The notes beneath the pieces were generated by a model. The model did no database searches, was not told where the DNA came from, and worked only from the letters and a program-made list of their open reading frames with translations. 64,000 bases of DNA from a virus (lineage: Duplodnaviria; Caudoviricetes). Shown piece after piece: positions 18,624 to 28,838 of the stretch (positions within the stretch are counted from its first letter, which is position 1; each line of letters starts with the position of its first letter). Location of the stretch: IMG/VR virus record IMGVR_UViG_3300029305_002725, positions 36,815 through 100,814 of that record, one strand, 5' to 3'. A program made the translations under genes and the position numbers.

Positions 18624-18785
18624 ACCGTTTAGTTTCTCAGGCTAGGGCGGTTAATATAGGTGTTCCGCCACCGTTAAGTGCGAAACGTTAGGGCTGATTG
18701 TGTGTGGAAAGCACTTTCCAGGTCCACCGAGCGGCGTGGATATTCTTCGCCAAATTGAGTAGGGGTTCACTCCCCTACTCTTTTT
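18624..18785 (+). ncRNA. candidate structured non-coding RNA
   Basis: GC-rich island in AT-rich DNA with several short stems and a 3' intrinsic terminator; family not recognised. Confidence 0.5.
18757..18785 (+). terminator. intrinsic terminator
   Basis: GAGTAGGGG-ttcact-CCCCTACTC-TTTTT. Confidence 0.85.
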
Positions 18786-18821
18786 ATTTTATAAATAATA
18801 AAAATACAAGGAGAAATAATT

Positions 18822-19046
18822 ATGGAAACCAATAAGAATTTTAATAAAGAGGCTAAGCTCATCTTTAATATGGGTGTTGGTAGAGCACTTCTTAAAGCAG
18901 GAGCTCAGGTCATCGATGTAAAACCTGACAGAGCAAACGCTGATAAAACTGTTCTGGTCTTCAAGAATGATGAAGTGTTCCAGAGAGAGCTTGCCCGTAT
19001 CAATAAGGAGATTGCAGAAGCTAAGGCTGCAGATGAAGTCCTGTAA
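18822..19046 (+). CDS. small conserved phage protein (DUF5659-like)
   Basis: KTVLVFK motif; AAGGAG SD. Confidence 0.65.
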   Translation: METNKNFNKEAKLIFNMGVGRALLKAGAQVIDVKPDRANADKTVLVFKNDEVFQRELARINKEIAEAKAADEVL

Positions 19047-19092
19047 TGGGCTTCTTTTTTTATTTTAGAATACAAGGAAGGAGGTAGAGTAA

Positions 19093-20343
19093 ATGGCAAG
19101 AAGTGCTGGTAAAAAAACTACTTCCACTAAAAAGACTATTGTTGATGACAGAAAATATTTGTGTCCACATTGCTTGAAAGAAAAGAAAAAAAGTGAATTT
19201 TACATGTCTACTGACCCAAGAGTTTTAACTGGAATTACATCAATCTGCAAAGACTGTGTAAGAAAAATTGCACTGGCTTGGGATGAAAACAGACAGGAAT
19301 TTGGAGCATGTACTAAAAAAACAGTTATGGATGCATTGGAATATATAGATCGACCGTTTTTGGAAAGATTGTGGGATTCCAGTTATGCTGAATGGGCTGA
19401 TGATACAAGTCAAAAACGCAGAACAACAATATGGGACGCATATATAAAGAATGTTGGTATGGTCCAGTATCGAGGATTACGTTGGCGTGATGGTGACATA
19501 TTTAATACATATATTGAAGATGCTAAACAAGTTGCTGCATTAGAAACAGGCAATAAAGAAGCAGCGCAGACATTGTTGCTAAGTCAAGAAGTTGATGGAG
19601 AGTTTGAAAAAAATAGAAACAGCGTTATTAGACTTCTTGGTTATGATCCATTTGAAGGTGAAAAGATTGAAGATCAGCCATTACTCTACTCCCAGTTAAT
19701 TGGATATCTTGATGCAGGCGGAGATGGCAACGAAGATATGATGCGTACATCTTCTGCTATTACTATTGTTCGTGGCTTTTTACAGCAAGCTAAACTTGAT
19801 GATAAACTGGCAAAAGTTATGGCAAATAGTAGTTCAAATCCTGCAGAGATGAAAACGCTTTTGGACGCAAAGAAGAATCTTAGTGCTACTATTTCACAAT
19901 TAGCGGAGCAATCATGTTTAAGTTTAAAGCATAATAAAAATGCCAGCAAAGGTGAAAATACTTGGACTGGTAAAATCAAGAAACTTAAAGATATGGACTT
20001 AAGAGATGCCGAAGTTAATGGTTTTGATATAGGAACATGTCGTGGAATGCAACAGGCTCTTGAAATTAGTGACATATCTATCATGAAGGCGTTGGCATTA
20101 GATGAGTCTGAGTGGTCAGAAGTTGTTGCGGATCAACGTAAACTTTTGGTTGATACGCAGAGAGAAAGAGATGTTTATAAAGAAATTAATAGAATTCTTC
20201 TAAGGGAAAATCTTGATTTGAGGGATACACTAGAAGAGCATAATATATTAAACAAAGATAGCCTGCAAAACTTAAAAGATTTATTCTCACCATTTGGAGA
20301 AACTGTATCTCAAGATAATGAGGAGAGTGAAACAGATGAGTGA
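19093..20343 (+). CDS. putative terminase small subunit / packaging-associated protein
   Basis: N-terminal CPHC...CKDC zinc motif; directly upstream of TerL as in SPbeta-like phages. Confidence 0.6.
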   Translation: MARSAGKKTTSTKKTIVDDRKYLCPHCLKEKKKSEFYMSTDPRVLTGITSICKDCVRKIALAWDENRQEFGACTKKTVMDALEYIDRPFLERLWDSSYAEWADDTSQKRRTTIWDAYIKNVGMVQYRGLRWRDGDIFNTYIEDAKQVAALETGNKEAAQTLLLSQEVDGEFEKNRNSVIRLLGYDPFEGEKIEDQPLLYSQLIGYLDAGGDGNEDMMRTSSAITIVRGFLQQAKLDDKLAKVMANSSSNPAEMKTLLDAKKNLSATISQLAEQSCLSLKHNKNASKGENTWTGKIKKLKDMDLRDAEVNGFDIGTCRGMQQALEISDISIMKALALDESEWSEVVADQRKLLVDTQRERDVYKEINRILLRENLDLRDTLEEHNILNKDSLQNLKDLFSPFGETVSQDNEESETDE

Positions 20344-22381
20344 TTTTAAGTTTAAGATTCTTGATGATATTACAGATGAAGATTTAATGTCAATTTTTGA
20401 TGATGATACTTATATATATGTAAAACCAACTGTTTATGCAATGTCTGATAGGAAGTTGGAGTCTTTAGTGCATATTGCAAAGATTCAAAAATATTATCAA
20501 TGCAATCCTGTTAGGTTTATTGAAGATTTTTTTAATATTACATTATTGGATGCGCAGGCATACATTGTTCAGAGAACTTGGAATTGTCCCAATGTTCTTG
20601 TATTGGCATCTCGTGCATTTGGTAAGTCTACTGTTATTGACTTAATTCTAATGGCTAAAGATATGCTATTCTGTAATGTTTGGACTTATATTGCTAGTGG
20701 TTCTGGTTCACAGGCTGAACAAACGTTTATGACATTAGAACGTTTGGCTAATGACGGTATTGATGAAATGAGAAATTCTACTGGATATATTTTCAAAAAT
20801 GAAGTAGAAATTAATAATGCTGCTGGTGATGGATTTAGTCACGGCAGTAATGGCTTTAAGTATAGTCTATATAATGGGTCTTTTACTCAGACGCTAAACT
20901 CCAACATCGACAAGAAGCGTGGTATGCGTGGTAGTGTCGTTTTTGACGAGTGTGGTTTTTTGTCTGAAGAAATGCTTGAAGTTTATGGTGCATTTGCCGC
21001 TGTAAACAAAGGATTCGTGTCAGGTAAAGATCGCAATGGTAAAATGATTGATACTGTTAGACTTAGAACATTTGCTACAAATATCCCAAACCAGAAATTT
21101 TATATCAGTTCTGCATCTAGTACTGACACTAAATATTATAGACTTTATAGAGAATTTGCTAAGCGTCAATTGATGGGTGATAGAGATTATTGTGTGATTC
21201 AGGTTAGTTGTGATGTTGTTTTGAAACCAACTATTCGTGGTGAAGTTGTTAACGCACTATTAAAAAAGAGTGATATTGAAACAGCTATTAGAACAAATCC
21301 AGAAAAAGCACGCAGAGAATATTACTGCGAATTTACTTCTGACGCTGGCATGAATGCGATTATTAGGCGTGGTGTTATTGCTAGAAATAGTGAAACTCGT
21401 GCCCCACTACTATATAATGATACTGGCAAAAAGAAGTTTATTCTTGCATATGACCCAGCTAGAAGTAGAGATAATTCTGTAATTCTTGTTATGGAAATTT
21501 ATCAAACTGAAAGTGGAGAATATAAAGGCCGTATTGTAAATTGTGTAAACTTACTTGATGTAGGTAAAAAAATTAAAAGCCCTATGAGAACACCCGACCA
21601 AATTCAATATTTAAAACAATTAATATTAGATTATAATGGTGATGCACCTGATTATGAAAATATAGAATGTGTTTTAATTGATGCTGGTTCTGGTGGTGGC
21701 GGTGTTAATATCGCCGACTTCTTAATGGAAGATTGGTATGACCAAAAAGGTAAAATGCACCGTGGACTTATTGATAAAGAATATAGCGAAGAATATGCTA
21801 GTCGTTATCCTAATGCAATTAATAAATTAAAACTTGTGTCTCCTACTCAGTATAAGTCTATTATTTATGAAGCATTAATTGAAATGCTTGATATTGATGT
21901 AATTAGTTTTACTTCTGACTATGACAATAAAGGTTATCTTACTGTGTTTGAGGCGGATGAGAAAAAGTTAGAAAAGGAAAAACAGCGTATTAGTGAAGAC
22001 CTTAAAACAAAAGGTTTTACAGGTGAAGAATTTGCAAAGAAACTTGAGGAAGGATTATCTCAGGCATCTTGTGTAAAAACTAAAGTTGTTAAGCTTGATC
22101 AATTCCAAGAAATTGCATTAGCAAATATTGATGCAATGAAAGAGGAAATGGTTAATATGGTTCGTAAAAAAAGAGAGTCGGGTAAAGACTCTTTTGAAAT
22201 TACACCAGAGAAAGCTAATAAATTACATGATGACCGCTCATATACAATGGCTCTTTGTGCGTGGTGGTTATCGGAAAAGCGTTTGGAAAGCGTACGTGCT
22301 CGTAAAAAACCAAATGCAATAGATTTAATAAATATGCTTCCAGTAAGTGGAGGCAGGCCACTAAATAAACTATTTGGTTGA
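20336..22381 (+). CDS. terL: terminase large subunit
   Basis: Walker A SRAFGKST, Walker B VVFDE, nuclease YDPARSRDNS and HDDRSY. Confidence 0.92.
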   Translation: MSDFKFKILDDITDEDLMSIFDDDTYIYVKPTVYAMSDRKLESLVHIAKIQKYYQCNPVRFIEDFFNITLLDAQAYIVQRTWNCPNVLVLASRAFGKSTVIDLILMAKDMLFCNVWTYIASGSGSQAEQTFMTLERLANDGIDEMRNSTGYIFKNEVEINNAAGDGFSHGSNGFKYSLYNGSFTQTLNSNIDKKRGMRGSVVFDECGFLSEEMLEVYGAFAAVNKGFVSGKDRNGKMIDTVRLRTFATNIPNQKFYISSASSTDTKYYRLYREFAKRQLMGDRDYCVIQVSCDVVLKPTIRGEVVNALLKKSDIETAIRTNPEKARREYYCEFTSDAGMNAIIRRGVIARNSETRAPLLYNDTGKKKFILAYDPARSRDNSVILVMEIYQTESGEYKGRIVNCVNLLDVGKKIKSPMRTPDQIQYLKQLILDYNGDAPDYENIECVLIDAGSGGGGVNIADFLMEDWYDQKGKMHRGLIDKEYSEEYASRYPNAINKLKLVSPTQYKSIIYEALIEMLDIDVISFTSDYDNKGYLTVFEADEKKLEKEKQRISEDLKTKGFTGEEFAKKLEEGLSQASCVKTKVVKLDQFQEIALANIDAMKEEMVNMVRKKRESGKDSFEITPEKANKLHDDRSYTMALCAWWLSEKRLESVRARKKPNAIDLINMLPVSGGRPLNKLFG

Positions 22382-22399
22382 GAAAGGCGGTGAGTTTTT

Positions 22400-23932
22400 G
22401 TGGCAGAAAAAAAACAATTAACTGAAAAAGAAAGAATAGAGTTTTTACGTAGAGATGAACGTAATAAAGCCGCATATGCCGCCGTCAAAGATGCACTGGC
22501 ATTAATTGACTTAACTCAAAATAAAAGTATCACATATACTACTTATTCAAGAGAAAGTTTACGCTCATATTTACAAAACCCTGCAGCAGAAGGCAACCAA
22601 AAGAATTTAAGAAAATTAAGTAACTATTTATATACTGTTTCTCATGTATATAGAAGACTAATTAATTTTAAAGCATATCAAATACAGTTAAAGTCATGGA
22701 CGGTTTATCCAGATGTTCCTTTGACAGAAGAGCCAGATTTGGAAAGCATACTTTCCAATTATGAACAAGTTACAAAATATGTTCGTAATATGGATATGAA
22801 AAATCAGATTTTAAAATGTATGCTACAGGCTTGGAAGAATGATGTTGTGTATGGTTTCTGCTATGGAGACCCTGAGAATGATGGAGAATTTTTTATCCAT
22901 CTCTTAGATCCTGACTATTGTAAAATTTCTAGTCAGCAATATTATAGAGGCGTTCTGAATTTTGCTTTCGACTTTAGTTATTTTGACTCTGGTACGAATT
23001 CTTACTATTTGGATATTTATGATCCAATTTTTAAAAAGCTCTATAATAAATATAAGGGCGATAATACGCAAAGATGGGCAGAGTTGCCTATTGAAAACAC
23101 TTTTTGCTTAAAAATAAATCTAGACATGCTTGACTATCCGATTCCTCCGTTAAGCGGACTGTTTGATAGTATCATCAGTCTTGCCGACTTACAGGCCGTC
23201 CAAGACTTAAAAGATGAGCTTGAAGCATATAAATTGATTTATGCAAAAATTGATACTATTTCTGGTACAAAAGATGTTGATGATTTTGAGATTGACTTAG
23301 AGCTTGCCAATAAGTTCTTCCAGAAGCTACAGGCAGCGCTACCTGATAATATTGCTATTGCTATGTCTCCGATGAAATTAGAGGCAATTGATTTCAATAG
23401 CAACAATGCTAATGATGTTAATATTATTTCTGAAGCATACGAAAATATTATTAATGCCAATGGCGGTATTGTTTTAAATCAGAATAAAATTACTAATAGT
23501 GCAAGTTTTAATAAAGCTTTACAGTTTGATTCTATGGATGCTATGGCTCCAGTAGAACAAATCAATGCATGGGTCAACTTGTGGATCCTCAATCACCTTG
23601 GCGAAACAGGTATGATTGTTGAATATAGTGACGTATCACCATATTTTGTAGACGATAGAATTGATAAGCTACTTAAGGTTGCACAATATGGCGTTCCTGT
23701 CAAACTCGAATTGGCATCCTTGTTAAATGCCAATCCAACCAAGGAACGTGGTATGTCATTTATGGAAGAAGCTCTCGGAATGGGAACTACATCTTGGGCA
23801 AATCCTCTTGTATCTAGTAATGTTCAAAATGGAGACATGTCTGAAAATGGCGATGGTTCTGATGGAAGAGCAAAAACCGAAAATCCTGATGATTTGTCTG
23901 ATGAGGGACAAAAAACTAGAGATAAGAAATAA
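22400..23932 (+). CDS. portal protein
   Basis: 510 aa after TerL; helical; acidic tail with GR motif. Confidence 0.8.
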   Translation: MAEKKQLTEKERIEFLRRDERNKAAYAAVKDALALIDLTQNKSITYTTYSRESLRSYLQNPAAEGNQKNLRKLSNYLYTVSHVYRRLINFKAYQIQLKSWTVYPDVPLTEEPDLESILSNYEQVTKYVRNMDMKNQILKCMLQAWKNDVVYGFCYGDPENDGEFFIHLLDPDYCKISSQQYYRGVLNFAFDFSYFDSGTNSYYLDIYDPIFKKLYNKYKGDNTQRWAELPIENTFCLKINLDMLDYPIPPLSGLFDSIISLADLQAVQDLKDELEAYKLIYAKIDTISGTKDVDDFEIDLELANKFFQKLQAALPDNIAIAMSPMKLEAIDFNSNNANDVNIISEAYENIINANGGIVLNQNKITNSASFNKALQFDSMDAMAPVEQINAWVNLWILNHLGETGMIVEYSDVSPYFVDDRIDKLLKVAQYGVPVKLELASLLNANPTKERGMSFMEEALGMGTTSWANPLVSSNVQNGDMSENGDGSDGRAKTENPDDLSDEGQKTRDKK

Positions 23933-23946
23933 GGAGGCGGAAATTT

Positions 23947-24132
23947 ATGAATGATAAAAAGTTTATTGTTACAAAAGATGAAGCTATTGCAAATAAAATG
24001 ATTGCATATAAGTTTAGATTAGTTTCCGCTATAGCTGGAACCTATACTTTTGTGAATGAAACGCCAGATAAATTTTCTTTTGATATGTTCGATGTGAAGA
24101 AATTACACTTCACAAATAACTTACATTTGTAA
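23947..24132 (+). CDS. small hypothetical protein
   Basis: ORF track; AAGGAGG SD. Confidence 0.65.
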   Translation: MNDKKFIVTKDEAIANKMIAYKFRLVSAIAGTYTFVNETPDKFSFDMFDVKKLHFTNNLHL

Positions 24133-24182
24133 TTCCCATATTGGGATTGCATATATAAAACTGATAGAAAGGAGGAGGTAAT

Positions 24183-25775
24183 ATGCCAAGAACTTTTTAT
24201 ACAATTGATGATCTTGCGACTTTTTGTAAGCAAAATAATTTTGCACGTTTTAGTTCTAAGGAGCACGGTAACAAACCACTCATTGTACAATCTGTTGAAA
24301 CTTTTGAGGTGTCAGATAATAGCAAAGACGGTTTAATGCCTGTGAGTCTTAAGTCTTGTCATATCGGCGTAAATAGAAATCAATCATGTATTTCTGAAGA
24401 CGTAATGAAGACAAATATGTCATCTTTTAAGGGTAGACCTATTCTGGCAAACATCATTAAAACAGATGAAGGAACTTATGAATTTCACAGCCATGACATT
24501 GAATTTAATGAAGATGGCGAAATTGAATACCTAGAACGTCCTGTTGGTGTTATCAGCCAACTTGAAGAGCCATATTTAGAATATGATAAAGAAGAGGGTA
24601 AAACATATTTGCATGTTAATGGACATATTTTTACTGAATATTCTAGGGCTGCTGAAATTTTAGAGAGACGCAGAACTTGCAAGTGTTCTGTTGAAATTGC
24701 TGTTAACGAAATGTCTTGGAATGGTGAAGAAGATTATTTGTCTATTGACTCTTTTACTTTTATGGGTGTTACTATTTTAGGATATGAGCAAGATGGCGTT
24801 ACTGAAATTCAGGAAGGTATGAAAGGCAGTAAGATCACTATTGATAGTTTTAGCTCCAATAATAGTATGTTGGGTGTAAACTATCAAGAAAAGATGATTG
24901 AAGTTTTAGATAAGTTAAATACTACTCTATCTAATTTCAATAAAAATAATGAGAAAGGAGGAGAGGAAGAGATGGTTGATGTTGAAGACATCGTCGTCGA
25001 GGAGGAACTTAATGATCCTGAAACTGTTGTCGTAGAGGAACAGGTCGAAGGTGAGGAAGTTGTCGTTAACGAAGAGATCGTTTCTGAGGAAACTTCTTTC
25101 GAAGATGGTGATGAACCAGTGGTTGAGGAAGTTGTTGTTGAGAATGAAGCAGAAGTAGAAGAACCGGTTGTTGAGGAATCTGAAGAGAATTTTGAGATTA
25201 AATTTGAACTTAGTCACGACGATATTAGATCTTCGCTATATCAATTGCTCAATGCATATTCCGAAGATGGTTATAGTTATGCATGGATTATTGAAGTTTT
25301 TGATAATAAGTTTATCTATGAGGATTGGACTGATGAGGGTTGTAAGTTCTTTAGACAGGCTTATTCTAAGGATGGAGATAATGTTGCATTTGATGGCGAA
25401 AGAGTTGAAGTTTTCAATGAATGGTTGTCTAAGGCAGAGAAAGACGCTCTTGATGAGTTAAAGTCTAACTATGCAGAACTAAAGGCATTTAAGGAGAATT
25501 ATGATGCCACTACTCTAAAGGCAGAAAAAGATGCTATCTTTGCCAGTGTTGAGTATGATGAAATTAGAGAATCTGATGAATTCAAAGTCCTAATGTCTGA
25601 GATGGATAATTATTCTGTTGAAGAGCTAAAGGTTAAAGCTGACTTGCTATTCGCAGCTTCTATGAAGAAGAAGTATAACTTCAATGCAAAACCTGCAAAG
25701 AAAGGTTCCGTTAGTTTGAACTTTAATGCAGAACCAGATAATAAGAAAGAAGCTTATGCTGGTTTATTTAAATAA
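24183..25775 (+). CDS. prohead protease-scaffold fusion
   Basis: CH-G-NRN-S and S-E-I protease-like motifs, acidic linker, coiled-coil C-terminus; between portal and capsid. Confidence 0.7.
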   Translation: MPRTFYTIDDLATFCKQNNFARFSSKEHGNKPLIVQSVETFEVSDNSKDGLMPVSLKSCHIGVNRNQSCISEDVMKTNMSSFKGRPILANIIKTDEGTYEFHSHDIEFNEDGEIEYLERPVGVISQLEEPYLEYDKEEGKTYLHVNGHIFTEYSRAAEILERRRTCKCSVEIAVNEMSWNGEEDYLSIDSFTFMGVTILGYEQDGVTEIQEGMKGSKITIDSFSSNNSMLGVNYQEKMIEVLDKLNTTLSNFNKNNEKGGEEEMVDVEDIVVEEELNDPETVVVEEQVEGEEVVVNEEIVSEETSFEDGDEPVVEEVVVENEAEVEEPVVEESEENFEIKFELSHDDIRSSLYQLLNAYSEDGYSYAWIIEVFDNKFIYEDWTDEGCKFFRQAYSKDGDNVAFDGERVEVFNEWLSKAEKDALDELKSNYAELKAFKENYDATTLKAEKDAIFASVEYDEIRESDEFKVLMSEMDNYSVEELKVKADLLFAASMKKKYNFNAKPAKKGSVSLNFNAEPDNKKEAYAGLFK

Positions 25776-25880
25776 TTTTAACAGTGCAAAATGAATGTAA
25801 CGTTAACACTTAAACAATTGGTTATAATTGTTTTTGTTATATTAAACAAATTATTTATTTTATGAAAGGATGTAAATATT

Positions 25881-26378
25881 ATGGCACAGGATATGAATCT
25901 AAATGTCTCCCACGTTGTAGCTGAATCTACTATGCTAGGTGCTACTCAGTGGGCTGAACATATTTTTAGCGTAAAAATGAATGCCGACAGAGATAATGGC
26001 GGTATTATTGCTCGTGGTGATTATATTGATGACGAGTATTATGAGGAGGCAGCTTATGCTGCTGGCAAGGAGCCTATGCTAGTTCTAGCTCCCCCTATCA
26101 TGGCTTTTGATGGCCTAAAGGAATATACTTATGAAGAGCGTTTCTACAATGCCAAGGATGCAGTTGTTAGATGTTATGTTCTAAAGGTTGGCGACAGATA
26201 CTCTCTATCTGAGAACGCTTTTGATGTCGCTCCCAAGGAAGGTCAGTACGTAACTTATGATGGTTCCATTTATAATGTTGCTGATGCTGCTGATGACACT
26301 CAGTTCTGCGCAAAGGTTCTAAAGAAGATCGTGCGTAAGAACAGAATTATGTATAAGCTCGTTGTCGAGCATCTATAA
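25881..26378 (+). CDS. capsid decoration/auxiliary head protein
   Basis: Position before MCP; same extreme codon bias. Confidence 0.6.
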   Translation: MAQDMNLNVSHVVAESTMLGATQWAEHIFSVKMNADRDNGGIIARGDYIDDEYYEEAAYAAGKEPMLVLAPPIMAFDGLKEYTYEERFYNAKDAVVRCYVLKVGDRYSLSENAFDVAPKEGQYVTYDGSIYNVADAADDTQFCAKVLKKIVRKNRIMYKLVVEHL

Positions 26379-26400
26379 TTTGAAAGGATGGTGAAACTAT

Positions 26401-27507
26401 ATGAAGAATCTAATGAATTTTGATGCTACCGTTCGTGCAGCTTTTGAAAACGATGAAAGCAAGCTAATGGCTTTTAGCAAGCTAATGATTGACGCTAAGA
26501 ATGGTGTATTTGAGGCTGGTATCACTGCTAAGGATGCAAGCGATAAGATTGTCTCTATTTTCCGTAATGCTCTTGGTCTAAGCGAGAATGCTAATAAGGC
26601 AGAAGTCCGTAAGGCTATTCGTAGAAACCAGAATGTTCTATTTGCTCTATCTGAGGATCTAATTGAGGATATGCTAGTTACTGGTTGGCAGGAGAACCCC
26701 TTCTTCATGGAATATGTTGATGTTAGAAACCTAGCTCTAGGCGATGAGAACATCTTTACTATGGAAGACGATTCTCTACTAAGTGTTAGCCGCGTTGCAG
26801 ATGGTCATTGGAATATTGATCGTCAGAGACTAGGCAAGGGTCGTTCTTTCAGCGTGGAGACTGCTACTTATGGTATTGGTATCTACAGCGAGTATGAGAG
26901 ACTACTAACTAATGCTGAAGACTTTGCCACTTTCGTAACTAAGATTTATGAGGCTATTGACCGTTTTGTTAACGAGTCTATTTATCAGGCATTCAAGTCC
27001 GCTGCTGAGCAGCTACCTGGTGGTGCTTCTGGCGCAGGTCAGTGGGTTAAGACTTCCGACCTATCCGCTACTACTAAGGACGCTTTCATTCAGCTAATCG
27101 AAGATGTTCAGATGGCCACCGGTAAGGAAGTTGTCATCATGGGTACTAAGGTTGCTCTAAGCAAGCTAGAAAAGATTCAGGACATCAATTGGGTTTCTAA
27201 TGAAATGAAGCAGGAGCGTCATACCACTGGTCGTATTGGCCTATTTGATGGCATCAGACTAGTTGAGCTAAAGCAGGGCTTCGCTCTAAATGATACTTCT
27301 AATAGACTAATTGACGACAAGCAGCTATTTATTATGCCTGTTGGTGACAACAAGTTTGTTAAGGTTGTTAATGTTGGCGATCAGGAGATGCGTCAGACTG
27401 CCGATATGACCTCTAACCAGGACCAGACTTATGACTACCGTCTAGTCTTCCGTATGGGCGTTGCTGTTCAGATCGGTCTAATGTTCGGTGTTTGGAACCT
27501 AGCTTAA
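26401..27507 (+). CDS. major capsid protein
   Basis: 368 aa; synteny; strongest high-expression codon bias. Confidence 0.8.
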   Translation: MKNLMNFDATVRAAFENDESKLMAFSKLMIDAKNGVFEAGITAKDASDKIVSIFRNALGLSENANKAEVRKAIRRNQNVLFALSEDLIEDMLVTGWQENPFFMEYVDVRNLALGDENIFTMEDDSLLSVSRVADGHWNIDRQRLGKGRSFSVETATYGIGIYSEYERLLTNAEDFATFVTKIYEAIDRFVNESIYQAFKSAAEQLPGGASGAGQWVKTSDLSATTKDAFIQLIEDVQMATGKEVVIMGTKVALSKLEKIQDINWVSNEMKQERHTTGRIGLFDGIRLVELKQGFALNDTSNRLIDDKQLFIMPVGDNKFVKVVNVGDQEMRQTADMTSNQDQTYDYRLVFRMGVAVQIGLMFGVWNLA

Positions 27508-27542
27508 TATAAATACAAAAAGGAATAAAAGGAGAATTTAAT

Positions 27543-28082
27543 ATGGCAACTAAGAAATCTAATGAAACTGAAGTTGTTACTGAAGAAGTGACAACAAAGT
27601 CTGAACCTAAGCAGGTCACAAAAGCTCCCCGCAAGTTTGCACCTGATGACAGAATTGTTTGTCGTAGTGTAACTTTTGGAGAGCTTTTACTGACCGGTGT
27701 AAAATCTAAACTACTGTATACTTGGGCTAATTATGGTGATACCACTGAAGTTGAGTTCCAAGATCTACAAGCTATGAAGTCTATGAGATCTAGTTATTTA
27801 TATAGACCAAGATTTATCATTGAAGATGAAGAGCTTGTTGAACAGTGGGGCAAAGATTTTGGTGATATGTATAAAAATATCGAAGATACGGATGTGGAAA
27901 ATCTATTTAAACTTCCTATTGGTCAATTCAAAGCTAAGCTTAAGAAGGCACCTAAGGGTGTTCAGCAAGCAGTGAAGAATATTGCAGGAGAGAAGATTCT
28001 AAATGGTTCTCTAGATAGTATTGCTAAAATCAAAGCTATTGACGAGTGCTTAGGTACAGATTTAAAGGTTTATATTCAGTAA
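27543..28082 (+). CDS. conserved post-capsid protein
   Basis: Synteny; AAAGGAG SD. Confidence 0.65.
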   Translation: MATKKSNETEVVTEEVTTKSEPKQVTKAPRKFAPDDRIVCRSVTFGELLLTGVKSKLLYTWANYGDTTEVEFQDLQAMKSMRSSYLYRPRFIIEDEELVEQWGKDFGDMYKNIEDTDVENLFKLPIGQFKAKLKKAPKGVQQAVKNIAGEKILNGSLDSIAKIKAIDECLGTDLKVYIQ

Positions 28083-28099
28083 TTTGGAGGTGACCTTAT

Positions 28100-28519
28100 A
28101 TGGCGACTCCATATGAAAAAATTTATGAACGTTTTTTAAATAGTGTTACTGATTTTAATTTGGCTGAACTAGATGATTATACACTAGATAAAATGTTAAA
28201 AGATTGGTTACATAAGGCAGTTGTGAGAACACGCACTTCAAGTGATTTATCTCGTGGTAATGAAAATGAAGAGTTTAATGGTGATTTGTCTGATTTAGAT
28301 ATTGAACTATTAGCTTTAGGAATGAAACTTGCGTGGCTAGATCAAACTCTTGGTTCTACTGAATTAACTTTACAGTTTATCGGAGGAAAAGAAGAGAAGT
28401 ATTATAGCCAAGCAAATCATATTTCTGAACTTCGTGCACTGCGTGAAGATACAAAGCTTGAAATGCAAAAATTGCATTCTTATAACACCTATACCAACAG
28501 CTCATATTTTAATGACTAA
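28100..28519 (+). CDS. head-tail adaptor
   Basis: MATPYEKIYERFL...FNGDLSD-IELLA...YSQANH family pattern; synteny. Confidence 0.65.
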   Translation: MATPYEKIYERFLNSVTDFNLAELDDYTLDKMLKDWLHKAVVRTRTSSDLSRGNENEEFNGDLSDLDIELLALGMKLAWLDQTLGSTELTLQFIGGKEEKYYSQANHISELRALREDTKLEMQKLHSYNTYTNSSYFND

Positions 28520-28532
28520 GGGGGCGTTTCCA

Positions 28533-28838
28533 ATGAATATTTATGAAGAAATGCCACAAAGTCAAATTGCTGCAGAAAAGAAATATATCCGATCTGCAAT
28601 TTTTAAACTACTACCATACAAAGAAGAGTCTTACGAATATTTAAATGAATATTTCAACTCTGTGCTACAACTACTTAGAGGTTTCAATAAGGTTTCTGGC
28701 AATCAGCCGGAGATGGTCAGTATTATTAGTAAGATTGCATATGCGCAAGATGTTGAAGATTTTAGCGAATATCGTAAGGCTATTCTTGATTGTTGTAGTC
28801 TGGTAGATAGAATTAAGGAGAGTGATCCTAATGCTTGA
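28533..28838 (+). CDS. hypothetical virion-module protein
   Basis: Start moved to ATG 28533 behind AAGGGGG. Confidence 0.65.
   Translation: MNIYEEMPQSQIAAEKKYIRSAIFKLLPYKEESYEYLNEYFNSVLQLLRGFNKVSGNQPEMVSIISKIAYAQDVEDFSEYRKAILDCCSLVDRIKESDPNA

Noticed and set aside
18624-18785. tRNA, hammerhead or pistol ribozyme
   Set aside because: No cloverleaf or TTC loop; CUGAnGA/GAAA core and pistol pseudoknot could not be assembled despite partial resemblance.
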